A stretch of 64,000 nt of DNA, from the NCBI GenBank assembly GCA_930982035.1, contig CAKNJL010000001.1:9796-73795 (forward strand). The letters run 5' to 3'. Positions 39,211 through 48,460 of the stretch are shown here, in pieces. The DNA comes from an uncultured Clostridium sp. GTDB lineage: Bacteria > Bacillota > Clostridia > TANB77 > CAG-508. Under the pieces are notes generated by a model, which saw only the letters and a list, made by a program, of their open reading frames with translations, was not told the origin of the DNA and made no database searches. The position numbers and the translations under genes were made by a program. The first letter of the stretch is position 1. Each line of letters begins with the position of its first letter.

Positions 39211-40186
39211 CTAATATTCATCAAAAATTTTTAGTTCTTCACTTGGTACAATTTGAGTGGTTTTCTTTAGTTCTTTTTCATTCACTATTAAGCTTTCATC
39301 TATATCGAAATTAAGCCAATCCGAATTCCATAATTTTATATTAGATTTATATAACTTTTTACAAATAATAGAATTATAATTTCTTTTTGGCTTATATGTA
39401 ATTGTTATTCTTTGTAACCAAATGCTTAAATAATCCGTATTAGGAATCTTTGAAAATTTATTTTCTATCAATGAAATGATACTCTCTCTATCTTTTTTCT
39501 TTTCAAATGATAATAACTTGCTTAAAATAGCAACACAAACATAATATGATTTCGTATTATTATACATTATGTCTATAATAATACTTATTATGGCTCTATT
39601 ATCAAAAGGTTTATTTTCCTTATTCTCTATTTCATTCTTATATATATTGTTTAATAAAGTAATTACTCTTCCGCTATTAGGAAATTGTAAAGAAAAATTT
39701 CTGATTTGCAATAGATTTTTCTGCAAACTAATATCATCATCATATTTAAAATCAATAGATTCCAATTTATCTCGTTTTATAGAATTGGATATTACATCAT
39801 CAGATATCAATGTTTTTTGCGTATTTAATCTCATATTTAAAGTTGCTAACTCTTCTAAAATTATTTTTAATATTTCGTTTAATTCATCTCTATTATTTGA
39901 AAATACACGATAATCATCTCTATATCTCAATATTTTATAATTATTTATATTCTCTTCTTCTAATCTATTAGAAATCAAAGTATCTCCATATCCTAAAACA
40001 ATTTCTGCGATAAAATCCATAAGAGTAGTCCCTTTCTGTTAAATTTTTTCCTTGTATCTTTTTATCAACTTTTTTTAATAAATCTGTAAAATCAAAATAT
40101 TTTGGTAGCTCTAACCCAAAATAGCTAGTATTCTTCATAAAATACTTTTTTGCTCTTTCTGGTGTCATATCTAAAATCTTTTTCAA
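39211..40186 (-). pseudogene. Abi/UG-class reverse transcriptase remnant with an internal deletion
   Basis: The N-terminal piece (ERAKKYFMKNTSYFGLELPKYFDFTDLLKK) lies in one frame. The C-terminal piece starts mid motif B (TLMDFIAEIVLGYGD), then RT motif C (ILRYRDDYRVF) and motif D (LNMRLNTQKTLI). About 190 aa, including palm motif A, are absent between the two pieces, and the pieces are out of frame. Confidence 0.65.
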
Positions 40187-40211
40187 TGCTCTATCTCCCT
40201 ACATCATTTAG

Positions 40212-41693
40212 TTATATATTTAATCTATATTTTCTATTCTTATTTGCACCCTCTGCTGTAATCATTTCTTCTTTTGCCATCTTTCCTAATATAGCTCTTG
40301 TTCTTTGCACTGATAATCCTAATAATTCGCTAGCAATTGTTGTTGTTATATATTCATTTTGTTGCAAATAATTCAAAATTTTATCGCTTGTTTTATCGCT
40401 TGTTTTATCGCTTGTTTTTGTTTTATTTAAAATTTCATTTTCAAATCCATCATGTATAAATATGGTTGTAATAAAATAATCTCTTGTTTCATTTGTTTCA
40501 AACTCTGGTTCTTTTGAGCCATTATTTTTCAATGCTCTCTTTATTTTAGGAATACCTGTATTTCTACCTTCGGTTAATTTTAATTCTTTTAAGAATTCTC
40601 CAATTCTACGATTTCTGTATTTTCTTGCAATTATATTTTTATCTTCGATTGATTTTTCGCTTATTGAACGGTCTGGTCCAGGATAACTTACAATATGGAT
40701 TCTATCTTCCATTATTCTAACTTCTACTGGCTCTCTTACATCATACCCTCTGTGATAAACTGCATTTACCAAAGCTTCTTCTATCGCTTGATATGGATAA
40801 TTAAAAAATCGTATTGCTTCTGCTTGTCCATCCACTTTTAAAATTTTTTCCTCAATTAATATATTGCTGATATAAGTTAAAGCACTTTTTATCATGCTAT
40901 CTATTGGTCCTCTAAATATTCTTTCCGTCATATCATCACCTTCTGGACCATTTCTTAAATCTACTACTTCTATTTGTGAATATGGAAAGAATTTTTGTGG
41001 ATCATCATTAAAAAACATCAATCCAACATTTAAAGGTTTCATATATTCTGGTGTTCCATCTATAATTCTCATACTTTTACATAAATCAATAAAATCCATC
41101 TTTTCAGATTCTTCTAGTAAATCACTTTTAATTTCATATAAATAATTTTGAATAAGTGGTAACTTCAAATCTTGAATTTCTGCTTCATAGTTCATTCTAT
41201 CATCAAAAGGAATAGTTCTTGCCATATCATACAATTCTTTTTGTTCTGTTTCTGTTGCTTTTACTGTACTTGACATTTTTCTTATATAATATGAATATCC
41301 TTTTGAAAAATCTTTATCTAATGTTGTTGGACATTTATACGGTCTTGTTTGTCCACCAAAACACCATACTACTAATATATTTTTATCTTTATATTGTGCT
41401 ACATCTACGATTGGTGTGTATGAAGGTTGAATCAACTTGCTTTTCGCCAATAATTCTTTTTGAATTTTATCAATTTCAGATAATTCAAGTCCTGTTATTG
41501 GCATTTTAGGTCTACCATTTTCTTCTTCAACTCCGATTAAAATATATCCACCACCCCAGTTATCTATATCATTTGCAAATGCACAAATTGTATGTAATAT
41601 TGGCTCTGGATTCCAATTTTTCTTTAATTCTAACCTTGCATTTTCCACAATATTTTCGTTTAATATATTTTCTATACTTGTAGGTAATTTCAT
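40212..41693 (-). CDS. AlbA_2 (Schlafen-like) + HATPase_c_4 + C-terminal wHTH protein
   Basis: 493 aa. N-terminus ENARLELKKNWNPEPILHTICAFANDIDNWGGGYILIGV. Central EEALVNAVYHRGYDVREPVEVRI. C-terminal HTH ELLGLSVQRTRAILGKM. Contains a 12-bp x3 tandem (40381-40416) that encodes TSDKTSDKTSDK. Confidence 0.75.
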   Translation of the reverse strand: MKLPTSIENILNENIVENARLELKKNWNPEPILHTICAFANDIDNWGGGYILIGVEEENGRPKMPITGLELSEIDKIQKELLAKSKLIQPSYTPIVDVAQYKDKNILVVWCFGGQTRPYKCPTTLDKDFSKGYSYYIRKMSSTVKATETEQKELYDMARTIPFDDRMNYEAEIQDLKLPLIQNYLYEIKSDLLEESEKMDFIDLCKSMRIIDGTPEYMKPLNVGLMFFNDDPQKFFPYSQIEVVDLRNGPEGDDMTERIFRGPIDSMIKSALTYISNILIEEKILKVDGQAEAIRFFNYPYQAIEEALVNAVYHRGYDVREPVEVRIMEDRIHIVSYPGPDRSISEKSIEDKNIIARKYRNRRIGEFLKELKLTEGRNTGIPKIKRALKNNGSKEPEFETNETRDYFITTIFIHDGFENEILNKTKTSDKTSDKTSDKILNYLQQNEYITTTIASELLGLSVQRTRAILGKMAKEEMITAEGANKNRKYRLNI

Positions 41694-42023
41694 AGTTACA
41701 CCTCCTTAAATCTTTTTTACTCCAAATGCTGAAATATTTGCTGTTACTGTTTCAAAACTTCCATTTACAGAATAATTTATATCACTTAGAATATATAATG
41801 CATCTCGTTCATTAACAAGAAACGTTTCACCTTATATATTGAACTCTGTATTTGCTATTATAAAATAGTATACACTCTCTCACTTAAAATTTTTGATAGT
41901 ATATGATTTGTCTATATAAAGAGTTATTTTTTTATTATTTCATCTATCATATATACACCTTTCTTTTTTAGATGTTAAAATTTTACATAAAAGGTTAATT
42001 TCATCTTTCTTTCACTAAAGCTT

Positions 42024-42830
42024 TTAAATGTTAAGACTTTTTCTTGCTTCCTTCCATACTTCTATTGGTATCTTATCTAAATCATCATCCAATCCATATT
42101 CTTTTGCTATCTTTTGTGTCTCTTTTATGTATAAATCAGGATAATCAATACCTGTTTGAATTAATTTTATTAATACATTTCCCCATTTTATTGCAGTTTT
42201 ATTTAACAAACTATTTTTTATTAATTCTATTGGTTCATTAATATCATATTGAAGATTATAGTTTTCAATCTTATGATAATCTTGATTTATTTCTAATATA
42301 GCAAATTCTATCCCTATTTTTCTTCCAGTTGCTAATCCTACTGAACCTGGATTGATATATTTTGTATTTTCTCTTTCAAAAATATATTGTTTATGCAAAT
42401 GTCCAAAGATTTTATACATACAATCGTTTCCATCTTTATAATTCCTTTCATGACTTACAAATATTTTTGGCATATTAGGAATATTGATTGTAAGATTTTC
42501 TGGGAGATTTGAAATAAACTTTATGTCTTCTTTATCTAATTCATTATATGCACATAATAACGGTCCCTTTCTATTTTCCATAGTCCAATCCTTATTATCA
42601 GATTTATTATATTCTATAATGTAATTTTCTCTATTTCCTCTTATCATGTAACTTTCATATTTTTTCATTGTATCCTTTATAAGTTTGATAACTTCGTGTG
42701 ATTTAGGTATATCAGTAATATAATCGCCACACCATATAATTCTATCAATATTCATTTTATCAATAGTTTTGATGCATTTTTTTAAGGCAAAAATATTACC
42801 ATGTATGTCACTAAGTATTGCGAATTTCAT
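42024..42830 (-). CDS. metallophosphoesterase (YfcE/MPP family) with a helical C-terminal extension
   Basis: LSDIHGN, CGDYITD, RGNRE and GHLH motifs. Start placed at MKFAIL after GAGGAA. The ORF track starts at a GTG at 42842. Confidence 0.8.
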   Translation of the reverse strand: MKFAILSDIHGNIFALKKCIKTIDKMNIDRIIWCGDYITDIPKSHEVIKLIKDTMKKYESYMIRGNRENYIIEYNKSDNKDWTMENRKGPLLCAYNELDKEDIKFISNLPENLTINIPNMPKIFVSHERNYKDGNDCMYKIFGHLHKQYIFERENTKYINPGSVGLATGRKIGIEFAILEINQDYHKIENYNLQYDINEPIELIKNSLLNKTAIKWGNVLIKLIQTGIDYPDLYIKETQKIAKEYGLDDDLDKIPIEVWKEARKSLNI

Positions 42831-43045
42831 ATATTTCCTCACATCCTTTCTAAAATATTTTATTATTAATTATTTTCAGATATATATTTTTGATTTTTAT
42901 GACTTGTTTTTTCCTAACATTACTATTTATTTTAATCAATAGCATTTTATCATAAACAAGTCAAAAAAGAAAGCCTTTTTTCAAAGGCTTCCAATATACA
43001 AATAGGATACATTTTATGCGTTTAAGTTAAATTCTAATTAAATTC

Positions 43046-46000
43046 TTAATTTTTAAATAGATTTTTTCTTGTTTTTAAGTAAAATACCAATACTAAAATA
43101 CCTATCCCTAATATTATTAAAATAATGGTATTGAATCCTGTTTTAGGTAATGTTTCTGATGATACAGTAGTATCTTCATTCACATGAGATATTTGGCCTT
43201 GATTCTGTGTTATTGTTTCTTCTATCTTTTGTTCTTCATCTGAAGTTGGTATTTCATCTGATGTTTGTTCTATTGTTTGTTCTTCGTTCAAGACTGGTAT
43301 TTCACTTGGTGCTTCTTCTACTTTTTGTTCTTCATCTGGAGTTGTTTTTTTATTTGATATCTCTTCTGGTTTCTGTTCTTTGTTTGTAGTTGGTGTTTTA
43401 TTTGGTTTTTGTTCTTCACCTAGTGTTGGTGTTTTTTCTGGTACCTCTTCTGGTTTTTGCTCCTGGTCTGGAATTGGTTTTTCATCTGGTTTTTGTTCTG
43501 GTTTTTGTTCTGGCTTTTGTTCTGGCTTTTGTTCTGGTTTTTCTTCTTCATCTGGAGTTGGAGTTCCTTCTGGCATTTCTTCTGGTTTTTGCTCCTCATC
43601 TGGGGTTTCTGGTAATGTTTCTTCCGGTTTTTCTTCTTCATCTGGAGTTGGTTTTTCATCTGGTGTTCCTTCAGGTTTTTGCTCCTCATCTGGGCTCTCT
43701 GGTAATATTTCTTCCGGTTTTTGTTCTGGTTTTTCTTCTTCATCTGGAGTTGGTTTTTGTTCTGGCTTTTCTCCTTCACCAGGGTTTGGCTTTTCTTCTG
43801 GTTTCTGCTCTGGTTTTTGCTCTTCATCTGGATTTTCTGGTAGTGTTTCATCTGGTATCTCTCCTGGTTTTTCTTCTTCAGTTGGTGGTGTTTCACTTTC
43901 TTCCTGCGTTGTATCTTCAAACAAATTAATCATAGTTGCTGTAATAAAGTCTCTACCATCTCCATAGTTTTCCGTTGCTACTAACTTTACATATTTAGAT
44001 TTAATAACTTCATCAAATACAACCATTTTTGAATCAGGACTATCTGCCCAATTTGTTATTGTAGCAACATCTGTCCAAGTTTTTCCATCCATACTCACTA
44101 ATACTTGTCCTTCTTTAATTCTACCATTGTTTCCAATCTGTCTTGGTACATATTCTAATGCTGATAAATATTTTGGTTCATCTAATTCTATTACAATATA
44201 TCTTTCTGAATCATCTCCATTCCAACTGCTATGCCACATCGTATGAATATTCCCATCAATTGCATTTTGTGCTCCCTCGTTAGGTCCTAGTTCTTCACTA
44301 GATACTTGGAAAATAGATAAATGATCAATAGAAATATATTTTTGTGTATCTAATTGGTTATCTTCTGTAAAACTAAATGTTAATTCATCACTAGGTAAAG
44401 ATACTCCTGTTGCTCCTGTCCTTACAATAACTGTCTTATCACCTGTTAAATCTGGTATTTGCTCTTTATAAGATGTCCAAATATCCTTTTCACTATATTT
44501 CCATTCCATAATATCCGTAGCACCAATGATTTTGTTTTCAAGGTCATTATTGTAAAGATTTGTTGTAATGGTTCCTTTTAGAATATCTATCCTATAAATA
44601 TTCTCCTCTTCATAACCAGCTCCCACAATATGCACTAAAATATCATTTTCAGCTGTAATACTTTCTATTTCTTCATTTGTTAATTGCACTTTGTGTTCAT
44701 GTACTTGAGTCCATGTTTCTTGATTATTTAAACTATATTCCCATGCTACACCTACTCCTTCAAATCTGCTACCAAGTACAATTGCTCCAGCATTTTCTCC
44801 ATCAAATGAGAATGTGGCAATTTCTGTATCTGTATTTCCTAACAAATAATTTGCAACTTCACGTACTGCTACTTCTTGTATTGTTTCATTACTTGTAGCC
44901 ATTGTTCCCTCTGTTAATGTTTTTGTTAATAACACATTAAGTGCTACTGTATATTCTGTTTCTTCTATTGATGGCTCGATTAGTTTTAATAAGTCATGCA
45001 TTGGAAGTGGATAATATTTTAAGCTATTTGCTATTTCTTGTGCAAGCATATATTTTTCTTCACTTGTTTTTGTATCATCAGATATATATAAATTTACTAA
45101 TCCATGCCAAGCATCGAAGTTAAGTGGTTGAACTTCAATTGCTTTTCTATATATATTGTATAATTCTTCTTCATTGCCTTTATAGGTATTTGCAAGTAAT
45201 AAAATTTCTTCTGATTTTTCATAATTGTTAAAATCATTTAATGCACCTTGTGCTAGCAAAACATAAGGTACAGGATATTGACTAGCATAACTACCATTAC
45301 CCCAACCATTTGGCATACGAATTGTCAATTTTTCTGTTTTTCCAGATTGTTGCCAACCAGAAATATCATTATATAAATTCCAAATTCCATTTCCTTTGCT
45401 ATCTAAAGAATAATATATATATGCTGCATGACCTGGCTGACTCACTACGCTTGAAGGAACTCCATAAGATCCCCATATATTTGATCCTGTCTTTGAAAGT
45501 GCTCCACACACGCCACCTTCTTCAAAAACAATCCATAATTTCGGATACCCTGTTTGGTAGGTTATATTATATTTTGACAAATTATATTTTTGGTTCCATT
45601 TTTCGTAATTTGAAGGATCATAATACTCACTTTTAGAATAGTCATAACCAAATGTGTATTCTATATAACTATATGGATTTCTACTATCATGTTCTGTCGT
45701 ATATGCATTTAACCATTCAATTTCCTCATCATCTATAATATTATTCATAACAAAACGCATTTCTTCAATTGTTAAAGATTCAAATATTTTACTATCTAAT
45801 TTTCCTTCTTGATGTATTTTTTTATAAATTTCATAACGAGTAACTGCATTTGAGTTATTTGGGTCATTTGGATTATTTGTCATTCCTCCTGCCCATAAGC
45901 CAACATCAGTTGAATGGGTTAATGATAATGTAATCATCATTTTACGATATAAATTTTTTAAAGCTGTTCCATTTGCAGTTATTTCTTCTTTATTTAAGTC

Positions 46001-46918
46001 ATCTTTATATGTAGCATATAATTTAGAAAGAACTCTTAAAGATTCCATATAACTACCATCTGGTTCTCCTCCAATAATATAAAGGCGAAGATTATCTACA
46101 TTGTTCATTAGCCAAGAAATCACTTGATAATTCTCATCACTATATCTTACAAATTGTTGTAATAAGTCATATCCCACATTTTTTACAAATTCTCTTTGTA
46201 GTAGTGCTATTTCAAATTCGCCTGCTATCTCTTGATTAACCGAATATGTTTTAATCTTTTTATCATATTCTTCTACTGTTTTAATAAAATCAGCTTCTGA
46301 TGTATCTTCTACATAACTTTCTTTTATCAATTTAGCATCTGCATAAACAGTTTCATCATACCATGGAGACCAAAAATCACCAGGATATTCTTGGTTTTCA
46401 TCAGCAACTAATTTTAAATAATTTGCACCTTTAATATTTATTTTTATAAATGGTGCATCACTCCAACCATAAAGAATGTCTGAGTGGTATTTTTCTTCCC
46501 AATATTCGCCATCATTAGATGTATAAATATAAAATTTTGCTCCAGTATTGAAGTAGTCACTTTGCTCACTTGCATCAACACCAATATATGATGTGAAGTA
46601 ATCATAATCATATTCTCTTAAATCATAAACGATTTCAGATGTTGCCCATGCACAGATTCCTTTTAGAAATGGCTTTTTCTTTCCATTTACATTTAGGGTA
46701 ATAAAATCGTTATTTTGATTTTTATCTAAAAGAATAGAATAACCACTTTGGGCAAATGATTTTTCATTTAAATATGAAATATTTGATAAATAAACATAAT
46801 CAGGATTTTCGGTTGTTTGTGATGTTACTGCATAACTACTTGTTACTGTTAATAAAATCATCACTATAGCAATCCCTAATATGAATAATGTTTTTCTTTT
46901 TACTTTTAGCATACTCAT
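43046..46918 (-). CDS. LPXTG-anchored giant surface protein (NPCBM-like, Cys-containing core, F5/8 discoidin, P/E/K repeats)
   Basis: Signal peptide after MSMLKVKRKTLFILGIAIV (RBS AAAGGAGG). NPCBM-like N-terminal domain (FLKGICAWATSEIVYDL...YIGVDASE). Central GGVCGALSKTG...QPGHAAYIYY. Discoidin domain (AIDGNIHTMWHSSW). Proline-rich EEKPEQKP repeats. LPKTG followed by a TM segment and a basic tail. Confidence 0.85.
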   Translation of the reverse strand: MSMLKVKRKTLFILGIAIVMILLTVTSSYAVTSQTTENPDYVYLSNISYLNEKSFAQSGYSILLDKNQNNDFITLNVNGKKKPFLKGICAWATSEIVYDLREYDYDYFTSYIGVDASEQSDYFNTGAKFYIYTSNDGEYWEEKYHSDILYGWSDAPFIKINIKGANYLKLVADENQEYPGDFWSPWYDETVYADAKLIKESYVEDTSEADFIKTVEEYDKKIKTYSVNQEIAGEFEIALLQREFVKNVGYDLLQQFVRYSDENYQVISWLMNNVDNLRLYIIGGEPDGSYMESLRVLSKLYATYKDDLNKEEITANGTALKNLYRKMMITLSLTHSTDVGLWAGGMTNNPNDPNNSNAVTRYEIYKKIHQEGKLDSKIFESLTIEEMRFVMNNIIDDEEIEWLNAYTTEHDSRNPYSYIEYTFGYDYSKSEYYDPSNYEKWNQKYNLSKYNITYQTGYPKLWIVFEEGGVCGALSKTGSNIWGSYGVPSSVVSQPGHAAYIYYSLDSKGNGIWNLYNDISGWQQSGKTEKLTIRMPNGWGNGSYASQYPVPYVLLAQGALNDFNNYEKSEEILLLANTYKGNEEELYNIYRKAIEVQPLNFDAWHGLVNLYISDDTKTSEEKYMLAQEIANSLKYYPLPMHDLLKLIEPSIEETEYTVALNVLLTKTLTEGTMATSNETIQEVAVREVANYLLGNTDTEIATFSFDGENAGAIVLGSRFEGVGVAWEYSLNNQETWTQVHEHKVQLTNEEIESITAENDILVHIVGAGYEEENIYRIDILKGTITTNLYNNDLENKIIGATDIMEWKYSEKDIWTSYKEQIPDLTGDKTVIVRTGATGVSLPSDELTFSFTEDNQLDTQKYISIDHLSIFQVSSEELGPNEGAQNAIDGNIHTMWHSSWNGDDSERYIVIELDEPKYLSALEYVPRQIGNNGRIKEGQVLVSMDGKTWTDVATITNWADSPDSKMVVFDEVIKSKYVKLVATENYGDGRDFITATMINLFEDTTQEESETPPTEEEKPGEIPDETLPENPDEEQKPEQKPEEKPNPGEGEKPEQKPTPDEEEKPEQKPEEILPESPDEEQKPEGTPDEKPTPDEEEKPEETLPETPDEEQKPEEMPEGTPTPDEEEKPEQKPEQKPEQKPEQKPDEKPIPDQEQKPEEVPEKTPTLGEEQKPNKTPTTNKEQKPEEISNKKTTPDEEQKVEEAPSEIPVLNEEQTIEQTSDEIPTSDEEQKIEETITQNQGQISHVNEDTTVSSETLPKTGFNTIILIILGIGILVLVFYLKTRKNLFKN
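43380..43900 (-). repeat. in-frame tandem P/E/K/Q repeat region of the surface-protein gene
   Basis: Reiterated GGTTTTTGTTCTGG-type units that encode (E)EKPEQKP / PDEEQKPE repeats. This region also generates the spurious ORFs in the other frames. Confidence 0.85.
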
Positions 46919-47229
46919 TATCGTATACCTCCTTTGTATAAATAACATCATTCATATTTTATCATGTTTACATAATTATTTTCAATATGTTATATCATTT
47001 TTTCTGTTGTCAAATTATTCCTTTTCATTATTTAAGAGAACAATAGCGGACTTTCTTAAGTATTTTCTCTGTTTATAACATTTTAAAGTCTACCTCCTTG
47101 TTCGTACGCCAATTTTACTTTAATAAAACTGTGTGCAACCATTAGAGAGAAGCGACGTTCTTGTATAGAAAAAAGCTATTGAAATAAAATCAACCGCTTT
47201 TTAATCCTTTATATTAATTTTTTTATTTA

Positions 47230-47251
47230 TTTAGTTATATGCTGATGTCTT
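47230..47251. repeat. direct repeat copy 2 (TTTAGTTATATGCTGATGTCTT)
   Basis: Partner of 38990-39011, in the same orientation, 8.2 kb away. Confidence 0.6.
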
Positions 47252-47269
47252 AGCCACTTAAAATTATTG

Positions 47270-48019
47270 TTATTTTAAATTATTATCTAACTTAATTATA
47301 TCTTCTAAATATGGTCTTCTAGGGTTTTCTAAACTTCTTAATGTTTCTAAAGCTTGTTCTTTTTTTATAAAATGCAACCTTTCGAATTCTATATCTTCAC
47401 CAGTTTGTCCCAACATTCTTTTATATTCACTATATTTTTCTTTCATCTCTTTTGCGGTAATTGTTAAAATTCCTTTCATAATAGGCCTATATAAATGTCT
47501 TCTTTCTTGTGGTATTTCCATATATTTCATTTTGTATTCTTGTACTATAGATTTATCAAACAAATCTATATTAATTTCTTCTTTTAATTCTCCTGCTACA
47601 TTATTTATAATATCAACTTGTCCATCTTCTTTTATGTCATTTTGATCTAGTGTTCCTCCAATAATTTGTAATCCTTTTGGGAATGAAGTTATTTGGCTCA
47701 TTTCTCCAACAATATAATATCCGTCTTTGGTTTCTAGCAATATTCCAGAGCTTAGATTATAACAAGCATATTTTCCTTCAATTCCAACTCTTTCGTCAAA
47801 TAGGTGATGTGCATAATTTGTTTTTTGAATACTTATTTTTATTTTATCTTGCAATTCTTCAAATTTTGTTACATTATACACTTCTCCATTAAATAGATGT
47901 GGATTTTCTTCTACTTGTTTTTCCCAAAAATTTTCTATTTTCTTTTGTAAATCTTCCGGTAGCTTAAAAACTCCTTCTTTTTTTATCACTTCGATTTTTT
48001 TGTTTAGTTTTACTACCAT
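47270..48019 (-). CDS. hypothetical protein, possibly a Nudix fold with a degenerate Nudix box
   Basis: 249 aa. NPHLFNGEVY N-terminal pattern. IGGTLDQNDIKEDGQVDIINNVAGELKEEINI sits where a Nudix box would be, but the Arg/Glu signature is incomplete. Confidence 0.4.
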   Translation of the reverse strand: MVVKLNKKIEVIKKEGVFKLPEDLQKKIENFWEKQVEENPHLFNGEVYNVTKFEELQDKIKISIQKTNYAHHLFDERVGIEGKYACYNLSSGILLETKDGYYIVGEMSQITSFPKGLQIIGGTLDQNDIKEDGQVDIINNVAGELKEEINIDLFDKSIVQEYKMKYMEIPQERRHLYRPIMKGILTITAKEMKEKYSEYKRMLGQTGEDIEFERLHFIKKEQALETLRSLENPRRPYLEDIIKLDNNLK

Positions 48020-48112
48020 TACCTTTACCTCCTTCTTTTGTAATCAATATTTTACATCATCATATATACTTTTTATATTATAATTTGTATATCTTCATAT
48101 AAATTATTTTTA

Positions 48113-48448
48113 CTATATCTTATCTACATCTATTCCTAATTTTCTAAAATTGTCATTTATTTTTGTCATATCTCTATACATACCTTCTTTTAATTCAAAT
48201 CTATAATTTTCCATTTCTATATTCATTTTTTCATCTTCTAATTCTTTATCTATATTGTATGGAACTTTTATAAACTGAAAAGAAATTTCTGATGAATATT
48301 CTTTACTTCCATATTCTCCTTCTATTATTAAGTAATTACTTTTAGTCGTTTCCAATACATTACTATCCTTATTTTTGTTTCTTATAACATCAAATGGATT
48401 ACCTACACTTCTTCCTTGAAAAAGTCTGATTTTAGGACTTATAATCAA
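48113..48448 (-). CDS. hypothetical protein (possibly a 3' remnant); source of the split repeat
   Basis: The 111-codon ORF starts at TTG with no RBS, 12 nt after pepC. Its last roughly 100 bp recur as two separated halves at 51537-51600 and 57999-58036. Confidence 0.4.
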   Translation of the reverse strand: MIISPKIRLFQGRSVGNPFDVIRNKNKDSNVLETTKSNYLIIEGEYGSKEYSSEISFQFIKVPYNIDKELEDEKMNIEMENYRFELKEGMYRDMTKINDNFRKLGIDVDKI

Positions 48449-48460
48449 ATAAATCTTTGT

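Noticed and set aside
43420-43920. 166-aa minus-strand ORF in an alternative frame of the surface-protein repeat region.
   Set aside because: It lies entirely inside the P/E/K tandem repeat. Its K/Q/N-rich product is a frame artefact of the repeat, whereas the main frame is continuous from the signal peptide to LPKTG.
47080-47130. Strong RBS followed by a two-codon ORF (AAGGAGGtagactttaaaATGTTATAA) in the long 5' region of the surface-protein gene, as a possible leader peptide or attenuator.
   Set aside because: I could not find alternative terminator and antiterminator pairings around it, and a two-codon ORF is uninformative. I noted it but cannot support a regulatory call from sequence alone.
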